DNA from: Octopus sinensis | Taxonomy: Eukaryota | DNA: 64,000 bases | Assembly (NCBI RefSeq): GCF_006345805.1 | Contig: NC_042998.1 | Span: 107,198,001 to 107,262,000 of the forward strand | Reading direction: 5' to 3' | Shown: piece by piece, positions 1-13,389 of the stretch | Numbering within the stretch: the stretch's first letter is position 1 | Layout: each line of letters begins with the position of its first letter | The notes under the pieces: model-generated | What the model was told of the DNA's origin: nothing | The model's database searches: none | Seen by the model: the letters and a program-made list of their open reading frames with translations, nothing else | Made by a program: the position numbers and the translations under genes

Positions 1-179
1 CACATACACGTATATATATATATTATACATTCATATACACACACTCACACATACAGACGCACACACACACACACACACACACATAGTTATCTATATATCT
101 ATGTATGTGCGCACATTTCTACAGGTATACACATACAACGTAAACCCAGATAGGCACGTACACACTCGCACACACATAC

Positions 180-211
180 ATGTGTGTGTGTGTGTATGTG
201 TGTGTGTGTGT

Positions 212-309
<98 letters not shown>

Positions 310-315
310 GTGCGT
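180..315. repeat. (TG)n microsatellite, representative of many (TA)n, (CA)n, (TACA)n, (GATA)n, (TAG)n and (TAA)n tracts in the window
   Basis: Directly visible tandem dinucleotide. The CV, YI, HT and LS-rich ORFs in the track are translations of such tracts. Confidence 0.98.
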
Positions 316-408
316 GTTTTACTTATTTCTATTATGTTCTTAAAAACACGATATTTGGGATCGGCAAGAGTCGAAGAGTGTGTGTTCCTGCATGACGTCC
401 CTACATAA

Positions 409-446
<38 letters not shown>

Positions 447-943
447 ATTTCTCCATAATTATGAATGCATGAGTTTGTATGATATATGCCTTGATTCCTC
501 TTTAAATTGCTGCATTCAACACTGAAAAAAGTATATTTGAATAATTCATCTTTACATATGAAAATATCATAGAAAATATAGCAAAAACAGCTTTAAAAAT
601 TTTTTTAAATATTCAAGAATTATTTTTTAAAACATCAAAACAACAATATTAATTGAGCGGTTTGGACTGATATAAACCAGAAAACAATCGAGAATTGCAA
701 TTTGATTACATGTTTGCTTTTTAGTTTTCGTTCACTTCTTTACATACTCAATCAGTTAGTATACGTTCTGCTTTTGTTTGAATTCCCTTTTCTCTGTCTG
801 TTTTGGTGTCCCTTAGGTTTTTTTCCTTCTTTTTTCGTTTTTGTCATTTTGTTATATTTTACACTGAAGCTCCTTTAGAAACAATATGATGCTAATGGAT
901 TTCCCAATCGATGGCTGCATACACAGAAAACACACGATCAACA

Positions 944-1071
<128 letters not shown>

Positions 1072-1073
1072 TT

Positions 1074-1392
1074 GAAGGCTCGTAACTTAGTGGTTAAGAT
1101 ATTCAGCTCATGATCGTAAGGTCGTGAGTTCGATAACCCAGCTGCGCGTTGTGTTCTTCAACAAGACACTTTATTTCCCATTGCCCTAGCCCACTCATCT
1201 GGCGAAAATAAGCAGTACCTGTATTTCAAAGTGCCAGCCTTATCACATTCTGTGCCACGTTGAATCTCCCTGAGAACTACGTTAAGGGTATGCATGTCCG
1301 TGGAGTGCTCAGCCAGTTGCGCGTTAATTTCACGATCAGGCTGTTCCATTGATCGGATCCACTGGAAACCTCGTCCTCGTAACCGACGGAGA
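1074..1392 (+). mobile_element. tRNA-derived SINE (family B) inserted in a (TAG)n/(CAG)n tract
   Basis: A-box-like TAGTGGTTAAG and B-box GAGTTCGATA; central caagacactttattt...ccactcatctggcgaaaat. Homologous copies at about 55020-55297, 42676-42940 and 59420-59570. Confidence 0.8.
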
Positions 1393-1414
1393 GTTAGTTA
1401 GTTAGTTAGTTAGT

Positions 1415-1471
<57 letters not shown>

Positions 1472-3093
1472 CAGCAGCAGCAGCAACAGCCTCAGTGGCA
1501 GCATTGGTGGTGGAATGGTGCTGTTAGTGGGGTGGTGGTGGTGGTGGTAAAGTTTTAAATTTCGCTTATATAAGTGTTATTCGATATTAAATTGATCAGT
1601 GCCTGTTGCGATCGATTATTATTTGTTTCCTGTTCGATAATGCTGATGATGTTATTCCGCTCACAACATGTAAGACCAGTAACTTAAAATCATCGACTTT
1701 TCTGTTATTCCAACAAAACCCAATTCATGTTACTATTCAACTAAGTTACTTTCTTGTTAATTTGAAAGAAATATTGTATTAGGTGAAAATTTCATAATCG
1801 CCTACCAATCCATAACAAAAATATTAGATTCTTTCGACAAGACTAAAAATATTTTCATAGAGTCCTCGTAACCGCTTAGAATATTACTGATATTTGATGA
1901 GAGCTGAGTTCTTCTTAAGAGATCCTACGGTCTGATCGGCTATAAATAACAATCAGATCTTTAATTACATTCGACCGTCTTCGAAAAATATGACACATTT
2001 GATGATGTAGTTTTGCGTGCATTGTGCCTGGAAAATGACTAGATAATCAAACCTAGGATTTCTTTAACCATAAATATGCTCAATTTGAGCATACATTTTC
2101 GTAGACATCCAACAAAAACTGAGTGAAAAAGTAATGGAGTTGTTAATGGTGAATCTTTAAAAACTTTAAAATGAATAATTAGGCACAAACACATTTTCTG
2201 CAATTTAGATGCTACTCGGTGGATACTTGATGTTTCTTGGGAATAAGGTTCTCAATTAGTCGATTTGCCGTATGAGATTTTTATAGTAACTCTGGTATTT
2301 TTTAAAAGAGTTGTACTAATTTTCTCAAATCTTATAATTTTACTTGCATTTCAATAGCATGCAAACAAAAGCACACCGCTTATTGTGATCACTTGGGAAA
2401 AGGCTTTTTCGGTGACAATAACTGACTGATATCAAACAATTAGAGTTTGGAATTCATTAATTTTAAATGCACCTTGAAGATTGTCTGGAATGACGCTTCA
2501 CACTAATTATACTATTTTTAAAATCCATAATGGTGGAAGTGTATCTCGTCTTTGACTTGAACCCTATCATATGGAATTTCCTATATCTTTGACAGAGCGG
2601 GATTTAATTTGCTTTCTATTATAATAAGGTAATAATAACATAGATAAACTAGATACCAAACATGTACCCATTTAATCTACGTCATATTTTTTTTTTTGTA
2701 AAAAACTTTTAAATTGTTGTCAAGCTGAAAAAATAAGCTGATTTATATTCAACTTTTCATATTTACGGAGTCGACTTTGCATGATCGCTCGATCCAACAG
2801 CAATAGTGGATATATTTTCCTCAACTCACATCCTAACAAGTCAGAACACATTGTATAGTGTAATCCAAGGTATACTATGCTCGACGAAAGATGACAGTAT
2901 CTTAATAGAACAGCGACGATCTCTAGCTTAAACAACATCTTATTAAAGGAAATGTGGTTGCTCTTTCTAGAAGGACGATGGACTACGTAGATTGTCTCTC
3001 TGACTCGAATGTAGTATTATGTAGTCAATATAATGCAGTATAGCATAATGTATTAGTGTACTAAAATATAAGTGCAGTGTGATACAATATAGC

Positions 3094-3315
3094 TATTTCT
3101 TTACTACGCACAAGGGGCTAAACACAGAGGGGACAAACAGGGACAGACAAACAGATTAAGTCGATTACATCGACCCCTGTGCGTAACTGCTACTTAATCT
3201 ATCGACCCCGAAAGGATGAAAGGCAAAGTCGACCTCGGCGGAATTTGAACTCAGAACGTAGCGGCAGGCGAAATACTGCTAAGCATTTCGCCAGGCGTGC
3301 TAATGATTCTGCCAG
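3094..3315 (-). mobile_element. tRNA-derived SINE (family A)
   Basis: Reverse complement closely matches the copies at 4616-4850 and 17727-17957 (ctggcagaa...gagttcaaattccgccgaggtcgactttgcctttcatcctttcggggtcgat...aaagaaata). Confidence 0.85.
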
Positions 3316-3978
3316 TATAATGATACAGTATAGCGTAATGTACTTTTTTAAGTACTGCGAATATCTTCTGCCTTAATTCCAAGCTCATTTCACTTCACGA
3401 CATAAAAGATAATAGCCTCATTGCATCGTCTTCTACAAAGCTTATAGGTAGGTATTATTATTCACTGACAATATATTTCATTAATTCCAGTGAGGTTGGT
3501 TTATTCATCACAGTTGCAAATTATCCTGGCAGTTTTTATGGTTATATTCATAATATATAATTTAAGTGTTCCATGTTTATTACTTTAGTCAACCCTTTAG
3601 ATACCACATAACCTAGACAAAATCACTATATCAAAGTTTATAATTGTTACTGTTGGGCAAAACAACCATAGGACAAAAGACAGCTGATGTTAGGTAATAT
3701 TTAAGGGTACAAACCAAAAGAAATATGACAGATTGTTATGTGTGCATATCAGTTTATTTGCAATATCAGTAAATTAAATTACAAACTACTTTTTCTGACT
3801 AGTTACCAACATTCCACTCTTCACCTCTTTCCTTCCCTCTCTTGATTTCTCTCTCTATATATCTTCGAACTTGAGTGCTGGCTGTGTTCACGCTTCTGCT
3901 GCATCTTCCGGTGGCTCCGGGCCTGGAGTTGTTGCCTTTGCAGTTGTTAGAGCTGTCATCGGTGCTGTTATTACAGGG

Positions 3979-4374
3979 TGTTATAACCTGGACATTATCA
4001 AAGAAGCTTGAGAGGCGGTTGGATGGAACCTACACTCGCCTCCTTATGAGAGCTCAAAATCTCACGTGGAAGCGTCATCCAACCAAAATGCAAATATATG
4101 GGAAACTACCACCTGTGTCATCTCTTGTGAAAGGTAGGAGAGTCCAGTTTGCTGGACATTGTTGTAGAGCTGAAAACGAGGCAATTTCTACTCTTCTCTT
4201 CTGGAAGCCATCTACTCGCAATACCAGAGGGCGCACACTCTCCTACCCTGATGTAATCTCCAGGGATACAGGCATCCAGCAACAGGACATCCGTAATGCC
4301 ATGATGGACCGTGAAGTCTGGCGTAGCACGGTAAATTCCATTGTCTCGACCACGGTCGAACAATGATGATGATG
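3979..4374 (+). mobile_element. 5'-truncated RTE-clade LINE 3' end with (TGA)n tail and ACAGGG TSD
   Basis: Intact frame TWTLSKKLERRLDGTYTRLL...RRVQFAGHCCR...DREVWRS typical of the RTE C-terminus. ACAGGG at 3973-3978 and 4375-4380. Confidence 0.85.
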
Positions 4375-4615
4375 ACAGGGCTTGGGTCTGGCGATTTCGC
4401 TGTAATTGTTGCCATTGCAAAAGTCATCCCCGGCCGTACTGTTGGTGTTACTGCTGCTGTTGCCGATGGTGTTGTAACTGCCGTCGCTGTTGATTCTGGG
4501 TGTGAGATTGGTAGGTTCGCTGATGTTGCTGGAGCTGGCGTGGTCGTCATCTCCGGCCATAGCGCTGGTGTTGGTGCTGCAGTTGTTGCTGTCGGTGCTG
4601 GTGTTTCTGCTGCTT

Positions 4616-4850
4616 GGTGGCGAGCTGGCAGAAACGTTAGCACGCCGGGCGAAATGCATAGCCGTATTTCGTCTGCTGTTACGTTCTGAGTTCAAATTCC
4701 GCCGAGGTGGACATTGCCTTTTATCCTTTCGGGGTCGATAAATTAAGTACCAGTTACGCACTGGGGTCGATGTAATCGACTTAATCCGTTTGTCTGTCCT
4801 TGTTTGTCCTCTCTGTGTTTAGCCCCTTGTGGGTAGTAAAGAAATAGGTA
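4616..4850 (+). mobile_element. tRNA-derived SINE (family A) with 12-bp TSD
   Basis: TSD TTTCTGCTGCTT at 4604-4615 and 4851-4862; body matches the other family A copies. Confidence 0.9.
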
Positions 4851-5477
4851 TTTCTGCTGCTTAATTAACTGACCGTACATACATGTATGCATGTATTAGA
4901 CTACAGACATGCTGGGATACCGACTTAAAGAATTTTTGTCTAACCAATCGACACCAGAACTTATTTTTTAAGCCTGGTACTTACTCTAGCGATCTCTTGG
5001 GTGCGTGTATGTATGTGCGCGTGAGCGTGTAGATACACACACACACACATACACACCTATACACATGCCCACTCACACACATACACATACACACATTCCT
5101 AATCCATCTATATACACACGCCAACATAGACACACACAGAGTTGCCACCACACGCACACTCGCTATTACGCACACACACCCACACATACGCATAGATACC
5201 ACCCATTCTTCACCATTCTCCTGTCCCAGAAAGCACTTTCTCTTTGTCCTACTTCCGGTCATTCCAAAATGTAACTACACGTGGAGTGTTGGTGATTTTT
5301 TCCTCCTTCTTCCTTTTCTTTTGGACTTTCCTATGTCTCGTTTCCGAAGAAGAGCTTTGCTCGAAACGTAAAAACAACCACGCTTTCTTTCCTTCTCTGG
5401 GCGTCTTATTAAAACTTTGCATGAACCACGTCCTCGCGTTGTTGTTCTCTTTTGTCTTTTTTCACCGTGTTTTTTTA

Positions 5478-5515
<38 letters not shown>

Positions 5516-6042
5516 CTCTATATTATAAATCTGAAATGCGAAAAGTTTGTTTGTTTGTTTGTCTGGTTTTGGCATTGAGAACGGGTTAAAGGCCATTAGA
5601 TCCCGTCGGATTGACTCCAAAATTTACAGGGACATGTAAAATGAGATGAGGATGCCAGTGGGCTAGGTTAGAAATCCCTATCTTAAAAGGTGTCGTTGCT
5701 AGGGCCAAAAATGCATTTTGACAAGTCTACTCTCATTCTTTTATGTATCTGTCTTCCTCCGTCACTCACTCTCTTTTCTCCCTTCCCATCACTTTCTATA
5801 TAAAACGTCTTTTAACGGCGTCTAACTCCTCTTCACTTTCTCTTTATAACGTCGTCAAACAGTGTTCTATATCTCCCCCTCCGCGCCTTCGACAGCGATT
5901 TCACTCTCTCTCTCTCTCTCTCTCTCTACGTCTGTCTGCATTCATAGACAGAATTATCATCGCCACCACCTCAACACAATCATGAGAACAAATATTATGA
6001 ATCAGATATTTATTGGGTTAATTTATATATGTGTGTGTGTCC

Positions 6043-6074
<32 letters not shown>

Positions 6075-7031
6075 TCTATATATAAATATGTATATTAAAC
6101 TTTTTAATACTTTTTGATAGTTATATATATATATTTTTTAATTATAAATATAAATTAATAATTTTAATTTTTTAATTTCATATCTTATATATTTTGTATA
6201 TTATATTTTTATTTTTATGTTTTCGTTTATGTTTTTCACTGTTTGATTTGCCTAATAGTGATATAATGCGTATATATATATATATATATATATATACTAT
6301 TTTTTTCCTCAAATGAAAGGCGTGACCTCTAGGACAAAATTCTTCATCTTATAAAATGTGACCCGAGTAGACCCGAATGAAATCGGGTTATATTAACCAA
6401 AATGTGAAAAGAGGTCTAAATGGGGCTTGAAGGCGATTAAAATTTACAGGAGCGGGTGTTTAGGAATTCTGTGTTACATGAAGCTAAAAAATTTACGCCA
6501 ACCTTTAAATCGTCAATGTGTTGCCGTCCATGATGAAGAAGTTTTGAATGCTTGCCATGGTGAGTCTACTGTCGTGAGAAAGAATCATTTCAAAGCTTGA
6601 TGTTTAGGAATTTTCTTTTACATCAAGTTCAAAATTTTACGCCAGCCGTTAAACTGCCACTATGTTACTGTCCGTCGTTAAGAAATGCCAGCCATGGTGA
6701 CTCTACTATCCTCAGATTCTATCCTTTCAAACTTTGGTTTCCCAAATTTTTTTAATTTTTTATCCAGCTCGCAAGTTCGTCTGTCCCTTTTAAATGTTAG
6801 TGTTTTGCTTTCTGCTTTGAAGCAGACCTTTCCGTTGTTACTGCCTGATATTTATGATTAATCTTTCAAACTACTTTCTTTCTCAACTTACTCAAGATCT
6901 TTTGTTGTTTATAAATGGGAGATAGATAGATAGAGAAAGATAGAGAGTAAGATAGAGGGAGAGTCCGAGAGAAAGGAAGAGTAAGACAGTGAGAAAGGGA
7001 GAGAGAAAGGAGAGGGAAACAAAGAGGGAGA

Positions 7032-7354
7032 ATCATCATCATCATCATCATCGTTTAACGTCCGTTTTCCGTGCTAGCACGGGTTGGACGGTTTGACCGG
7101 GGTCTGGGAGGCCAGGAGGCTGCACCAGGCTCCAGTCTGATCTGACAGTGTTTCTACAGCTGGATGCCCTTCCTAACGCCAACCACTCCGTGATTGTAGT
7201 GGGTGCTTTTTTCGTGCCACCGGCACAGGTACCACGGGGGGAGGGGCACTGGCAGCGGCCACGATCGGTTGGTGCTTTTTACGTGCCACCGGCACAGAAG
7301 CCAGTCAAGGCGGCGCTGCCATCGGCCACGTTCGGATGGTGCTTTTTACGTGCC
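7032..7354 (-). mobile_element. 5'-truncated SINE-like element with (GAT)n tail and internal tandem repeats
   Basis: Minus strand ends ...ggacgttaaacgatgatgatgat and contains ggaagggcatccagctgtagaaac. Three copies of ggtgctttttwcgtgcc. Confidence 0.7.
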
Positions 7355-7420
7355 GAAAGGATGCAACAGAAAATAACAACCACACTCTTACCCGCGCGTA
7401 GAGCAGGTCACCTTAAGCTA

Positions 7421-7479
<59 letters not shown>

Positions 7480-8044
7480 TTCTTATTTCTTTCAATTTAA
7501 TCCAAATCATTTGTTCACTACTACTACAGCAACTGCTGCTGCTGTTATCGTCGCCACAACCACTTCCACTGCTACTGCTGCTGCTGCTACTGCCGATGCA
7601 CTTCTGTACTATTATTGTAATGATTTCTGTTCTGTTGGAAAACTGACACTGATAATGATAAAGTAAACTATGGCTACACCAACACCATCATGCCTGACTT
7701 GTATTGCAAGTAAGTTCCATTCAGGCACATTCAGGCACCATGTTGACTAGCTTTGTCCGGCACAGATCGATTCCATGTCGTACTAGTATGTAAGGTCGTC
7801 GTGTCTTGGCTTGTTTTCTCAGTGGATTCTCAATTGCTATTTTAATAACATTTTTCTTTGACGATCTTTATTCACTCAAAAACACACATACGCACATAGA
7901 AAACAACAAGATACCGCATATAAACACATATAGAAAACAGAGAGAGGCAGTGAGACACAGGAGAATGGAGAGAGAAACACTGGAGAACTAACAGAGAGAG
8001 TGACAAATAAATTGTACGTTTATACACATAGCTTAGATATATAT

Positions 8045-8087
<43 letters not shown>

Positions 8088-8519
8088 TATTGTGGCACGA
8101 GTATTTATATGTGCATTAATGGGTGTATGTATATATGTACGTATGCAAATGTGTATACACAGTTACACATAGTATTTTGTATTGTCTATCATCTTTTAAT
8201 AACAAGTCGTCCATTTCCTTTTTCATCCAAGTCAATGACAAACCTATTGATCTATCTAAGTATATATCAATTGTCTTTACAAATCTATATGTGTGAGTAC
8301 ATGCGCGCGCGCGCGTGTGCGATGCATGCATGTATGTGTGTATCTATATATATATATTCTTTTAATCTGCATGTCTGTTACAGTCACTTGCCAAGATACA
8401 GCCAGTGTCCTGGGGCGAGTGAAGGATAAGAGATGTTACAATATGACTGAAAGCTTGGGAAGGGGAAGTAGCAAAATATCTTTATGTAATACAACACAGA
8501 CGTTTAAAAGGATAGGGTT

Positions 8520-10285
8520 TTTCTAGGGATGTGGCAGTACTTGTCAGTACAATCTTTTGGATTTATCTGAGACGTGGTTCTCCTAGGATCGTATCTAGAT
8601 GTTTCTGATAGCCCTTTTTTATCATACCTAGGGCACCTACAATAACAGGAACAGTTATCGTTTTAAGATGCCACGTCTTTTGTATTTCAATTTCCAGGTC
8701 CTTATATTTACTTAGTTTGTCAAATTCCTTGACAGATATCTTTTTATCAGTGGAAGCACTTACATCTGTTAGTCTACATGTATTTTCTTCCCTGTCTTTA
8801 ATAATTATGTCTGGTCGATTAGCCTGGATCGTTCTGTCATGTTGACTGGAAAATCCCAAAGGATAGTCACATTTTTACCTTCAACGACTGGCTCAAGATG
8901 ATGTTCATACCAATAAGCAGGGGTGCTGATTTTTGTAGTGTTTACATGATTTATAGTGTAAATGTTGTCCTACCCTATCGTGGTGATTTTTGTATTCGTT
9001 TGGTGTTAACACAGGGCATCCCGAGACGATATGGTTTCTTGTTTCGTTAAATGTGTCGCAGAATCATCTGCATTTAGAGTCAGAATCGTTTTGAAGAACG
9101 TTAGCCTGGTAGTTTTTTGTGAGCATGCTTTGATCTTCTGCCAGCAATATGAAACCTTCAGTCTCTGCTTTCAGTCCTGAACTTCTCAGCCAATGATGGG
9201 TTTTTGCTTAGTCTGCATCAGCATTTCGACTTCGAAATATATACTATCAATGCAGAGGCTTCTGGCTCTACCGCTCCTCAAAAATATTCAGACAAATGCG
9301 TAACAAAAACACCAGGACTAACAAATATATATAACGTACAGTAAATTGCACTACTAGGCACCGCACACATCCTACGTAAAACACTTTCAATACAGTAACA
9401 ATAAGAGCAATAGGTACAGATGATCAACATATGCTTTTGAGTGGTGCATGTTCTTAGAAGTTAGTAGTTTTTTGTCTTCCTGTCCAGGCTTTGGAGCTCT
9501 GTAATATTCCAGTTAATGATGTTAAAACTATATTGGACTACTGGAAGTGCTACGGTGTTAATGGCTTTGATGCAATTTTTAGAGCTGAGTTCAGTTTTTA
9601 GTATGAGTCTTATTCTCCTGTAATATTCCTTTCTTATGTTTTCCTTCATAGTAACATGTTGTATACCATCTCCTTCGTTTATCCTCAGGTATTTGTACCT
9701 TGATGGTAATGTCGGTATCTAATTTAATGGAAGCTGTTTTCCCGAGCTTGCCTCTTACAAAAGTTGCTTAAGCACACTTATCAAGGCCAAAGTCCATCCC
9801 GATGTCATTACTGAATTCTTTAACAGTTGTTAACAGCCCTACTAGTTCTTCGTAATTTCTAGCAAACAGCTTCAGATCAGCCATATAAAACAGATGATTT
9901 ATTGTCGTGAGACATGTTATTGCTCGTAGTTCTTTGGATATTTTGTGTCTTCAGTTTTTGGTAGAAGGTATGTTATTCCTTCGGTCAGCTAGGCAGGTAT
10001 TTGATATGGGTTCTGGATGACATCAGTCAGAAATGCAGCGAAATTTTGGTGTAGTTTTGTTAGACAATTTAGCCAGATGTTAGAAATTCGATCTAGTCCT
10101 GGGGTTTTCCATTTGTGAGACTTCCTAAGAACACATCTTAGTTCTTCCGTTTCTACTGCCTCCTATTCTGCTCTTCAACTTCATCTAGTCTCACTTTCTC
10201 ACGCTCTCTCCAGTCTGCTTTATTATTATATTCTTTTTTGTTGCTCCATATCTTATTCCAGAACTCTTCCATTTCCTCAGTCTTG
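8520..10285 (-). mobile_element. Degenerate Dong/R4-clade non-LTR retrotransposon (element 1), RT plus RLE, internally deleted
   Basis: RPDIIIKD...KYKDLEIEI...VPVIVGALG (RLE), ETRNHIVSGC, INHLFYMADLKLF (RT). Multiple stops and frameshifts; the RT N-terminal part joins directly to the catalytic motif. Confidence 0.85.
9281..9409 (+). mobile_element. 3' fragment of a Dong/R4-like element inserted antisense in element 1
   Basis: Encodes KTPGLTNIYNVQ*IALLGTAHILRKTLSIQ*; nearly identical to the reverse complement of about 10409-10537. Confidence 0.85.
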
Positions 10286-10295
10286 AGTGTCTCCC

Positions 10296-10299
<4 letters not shown>

Positions 10300-10326
<27 letters not shown>

Positions 10327-11760
10327 CATTCAGTAGTCTTATTTTTAATGTGTGCTTTCCCAGCACTACCGAGCGCAGCTCTGTGGCATGTGCTGTGGTT
10401 TGTTGTGATGCTCTTATTTTTACTGTATTGAAAGTGTTTTACGTAAGATGTGTGCGATGCTTAGTAGTGCAATTTTCTGTATGTTATATATATTTGTTAG
10501 TCCTGGTGTTTTTGTTATGCATTTGTCTGAATATTTTTTATGATACCTAATGCGCCTATTATGATAGGAATTGTTTCTGTTTTTAGACTCCACCTTCGAG
10601 TTACCACTTTTCCATGTCTTTGTACTTTGAAAGTTTCTCCATTTATTTTAGAGAAACGTTGTCTCTTTTACAGAAACGTTGGTATTGATACATCGATTAG
10701 AAAGCATTTTTTTAATAAGCTCTGACAACTATATCCGGTCTATTGGCCTTAATTTCTCTATGTGTTTTGGCATATCCCATAGTATGGTTGCTTTCTCATT
10801 TTCTGTAATTTTTTCTGGGGTGTGCTTATACCATCTTTTTTCTGTTGTTATTCTATAGTGTTGGCATAGCTTCCAGTGTATATAAATCCCAACTCTGTCG
10901 TGTCTGTGAATATATTCCTTCTTAGCCAGGACTGGGTAGCCAGAGACAATATGGTTTATTGTTTTCTTATCCATCTCCACATATTCTGCAGTTACTTGTT
11001 ATGTTTCTTTTCATTATATTGCAGCATGGAAGGTGTTTATAAGCCACTTAAGAAACACACAAAAACCGTTAGATTCACTTCAACAGTTAAATTTAATTTG
11101 TCAAAATATTTTCGTCGCTTTGAGACCGCGACCTGTTCACTGACAAAACTCCGTGCTGCATCTCTTTAAATGTTGAAGTGAATCTAACGGTTTTGTGTGT
11201 TTCTTAAATGGCTTCTAAACACCTTCCACGCTGCAATTGTTTTCGTTCCAGCACCCGATCTCAGACCAGGTCACTTGCTATGCAAGTACATCTCCGTAAT
11301 TTTCATTATATGTTTTTGGTAATTTCTGGTGGGGAGGCTTCGGTCTTTGCTGCATTTAAAAATCCTTCAGTTTCTGCTTTGAATCCTGAGCTTCTCAACC
11401 ATTGTTGGGGTTTTGCTTTATCTATTTCTTTTGCATTTAGTTTTACTCAGTATTTACCATGAAGGGGCTTTTCTTGCCATCGTTTCAATATGACCGTTGC
11501 TGTTCCAGTTTTAGTTTGGATTTCAGTTGCTTTACAGATTTTGTTATTTCTTCTTTTTCTTCATAGTTGCGAGGTAGTATGACATTTTTTTTTGTATTTG
11601 TCAGCTTCCTTAAAGACTAAAAACATTTTTTTGTTTTGTTCGTGTTTTGTGGCTATTTGTATTTGTTTTCCTTGCTTCTGAAGTAGGTAATTTTCTAGTC
11701 CTATGGTGGTTATTTTGAAATAGTTTTCTAAGTGTATAAGGCCTCTACCACCTTCTATAC

Positions 11761-11801
<41 letters not shown>

Positions 11802-13320
11802 CTTCAATATAGATTTTGGGTGGTGCATCCTAAATCCTGTCATTATTTTTCTTGTTCTCCTGTCTATTTTGATTCGTTCATTTAGTGTCCAGTTAAGGAT
11901 ATTGTAGCTGTAATTTATAACTAGGACGGCTAGAGTGTTGATGCCTATTATCTTGCTTTTCGCATTGAACTCTGTTTTCACTATTAATCTAACTCGTCTA
12001 TTGTATTCATTTTTTTTTATATCTTTTTCATTTGTGTGTTGTATCTAGTTCATTGATTCCTAAGCATTTGTATGTCCGGCTTTGATCTAATTCTCTTATT
12101 TCATTTGCTTTATCTAGTGTGATGTTACTACTCTTAACTAGTTTTCCTCATTTCAAGGTTGCTTTGGCACATTTTTCTAAGCCAAATTTCAAGTTTTTTT
12201 CTTTGGTAAATCAATGTACTGTCTGTAGTAATGTTTTCAGCTGTTTATCATTTATAGCGTACAGTTTTAGGTCATCCGTATATAAGAGGTGGCTGATTGT
12301 TTTGCCGTGACAGTTGTATCCACATCCAGTTCTGTTTAACATGTCAGATAAAGGTGTCAGTGCCAAGCAGAAAAGGAGTGGAGATAGCGTATCTCCCTGG
12401 AATATTCCTCTTCTAATGGGGATGGCTTTGGTTTTTATGAATCCTTCTTTTGTCTGGAGCTGTAGCACTGTCTATCATTTATTCATTTATGATAATTGGT
12501 GCTACCATGTTCATGGCTAGTGTTTCTAGGATCCATGTGTGGGGAATACTATCAAAAACCTTTCGGTCATCGATCCAGGCCTTACTTAGATCCTTCTTCC
12601 TGCGGCTGTCTTCAGTTATGGCTTTATTGATCATTAGTTGATCTTTATAGCCGTATGAGCCCTTGCAGCATCCTCTCTGCTCTTCTAGAAACAGGTTGTT
12701 TTCTTCCAGATGCTTGCCCATTCTCTGCGATATTATTGGAGTAAAGGCTTTGTAAATTTAGGGAGACAAGTTATTGGTCTGTAATTTTGTGGGTTTGCCG
12801 TTTCAGTGGATTTGGGAATTATGATAGTTTTCCCGTCCGTGGGCCATTCAGGCATTGTCTCTGACTTTGCTAAGTATGTCATTAAATTTCTTAGCCTGTT
12901 TTTTATGTGTTTCTGTCAGATATTTTAACCAGAAGTTGGGGATCTTATCGTGCCTGCGTGCCTTCCAGTTGCTTAGTTTTTGCAGTGCCTGGATAAGCCC
13001 TTCAGTTGTTATATGGGTCCAGAGTTTTTCAGGTACTGAGTTCGTTGTTTTGATAGACCTTTTCTGAGATTGTTCCTTCGCCGACCATATTTCCTTCCAA
13101 AATTCTTCTACTTTTTCTGCTGTTGGTGCTGAATTGATGTTTATTTTATTTTTGGTAGAATCTTTTGGGGTTGGAGTTGAATTGTTTTTTATGTTCAAAG
13201 AAACGTTGGTGTTTCTCAAACCGACGAATTCTTTGTGCTGTGGCAAGGATATCTTGGTTTAGCTGTTCTTTTACTTCAGGTATACCTTTTTCTGTAATTT
13301 TCTATTTACGTAGTATTTTT
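10300..13320 (-). mobile_element. Degenerate Dong/R4-clade retrotransposon (element 2) with 3' UTR and (AAT)n tail
   Basis: GIFQGDTLSPLLFCLALTPLS, ISHLLYTDDLKLYA, GGRGL, HIVSGYPVLAKKEYIHRHDRVG; ORF ends LSIQ*. Interrupted by a PLE module (11020-11300) and (TA)n. Confidence 0.88.
11020..11300. mobile_element. PLE-like terminal module with foldback arms and TSD, nested in element 2
   Basis: Inverted arms at about 11021-11085 and 11171-11234; TSD TTTCATTATAT at 11009-11019 and 11301-11311. A second copy without foldback is at 18071-18282. The PLE assignment is inferred from architecture. Confidence 0.6.
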
Positions 13321-13321
13321 G

Positions 13322-13352
13322 TATTATCATTATTATTATTATTATTATATTA

Positions 13353-13389
<37 letters not shown>

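Noticed and set aside
2075-2093. 19-bp palindrome TATGCTCAA-T-TTGAGCATA
   Set aside because: A 9-bp stem is expected by chance in 64 kb of AT-rich DNA.
7520-7610. Ala/Thr-rich ORF segment
   Set aside because: Degenerate (GCT/ACT)n microsatellite following a SINE-derived frame.
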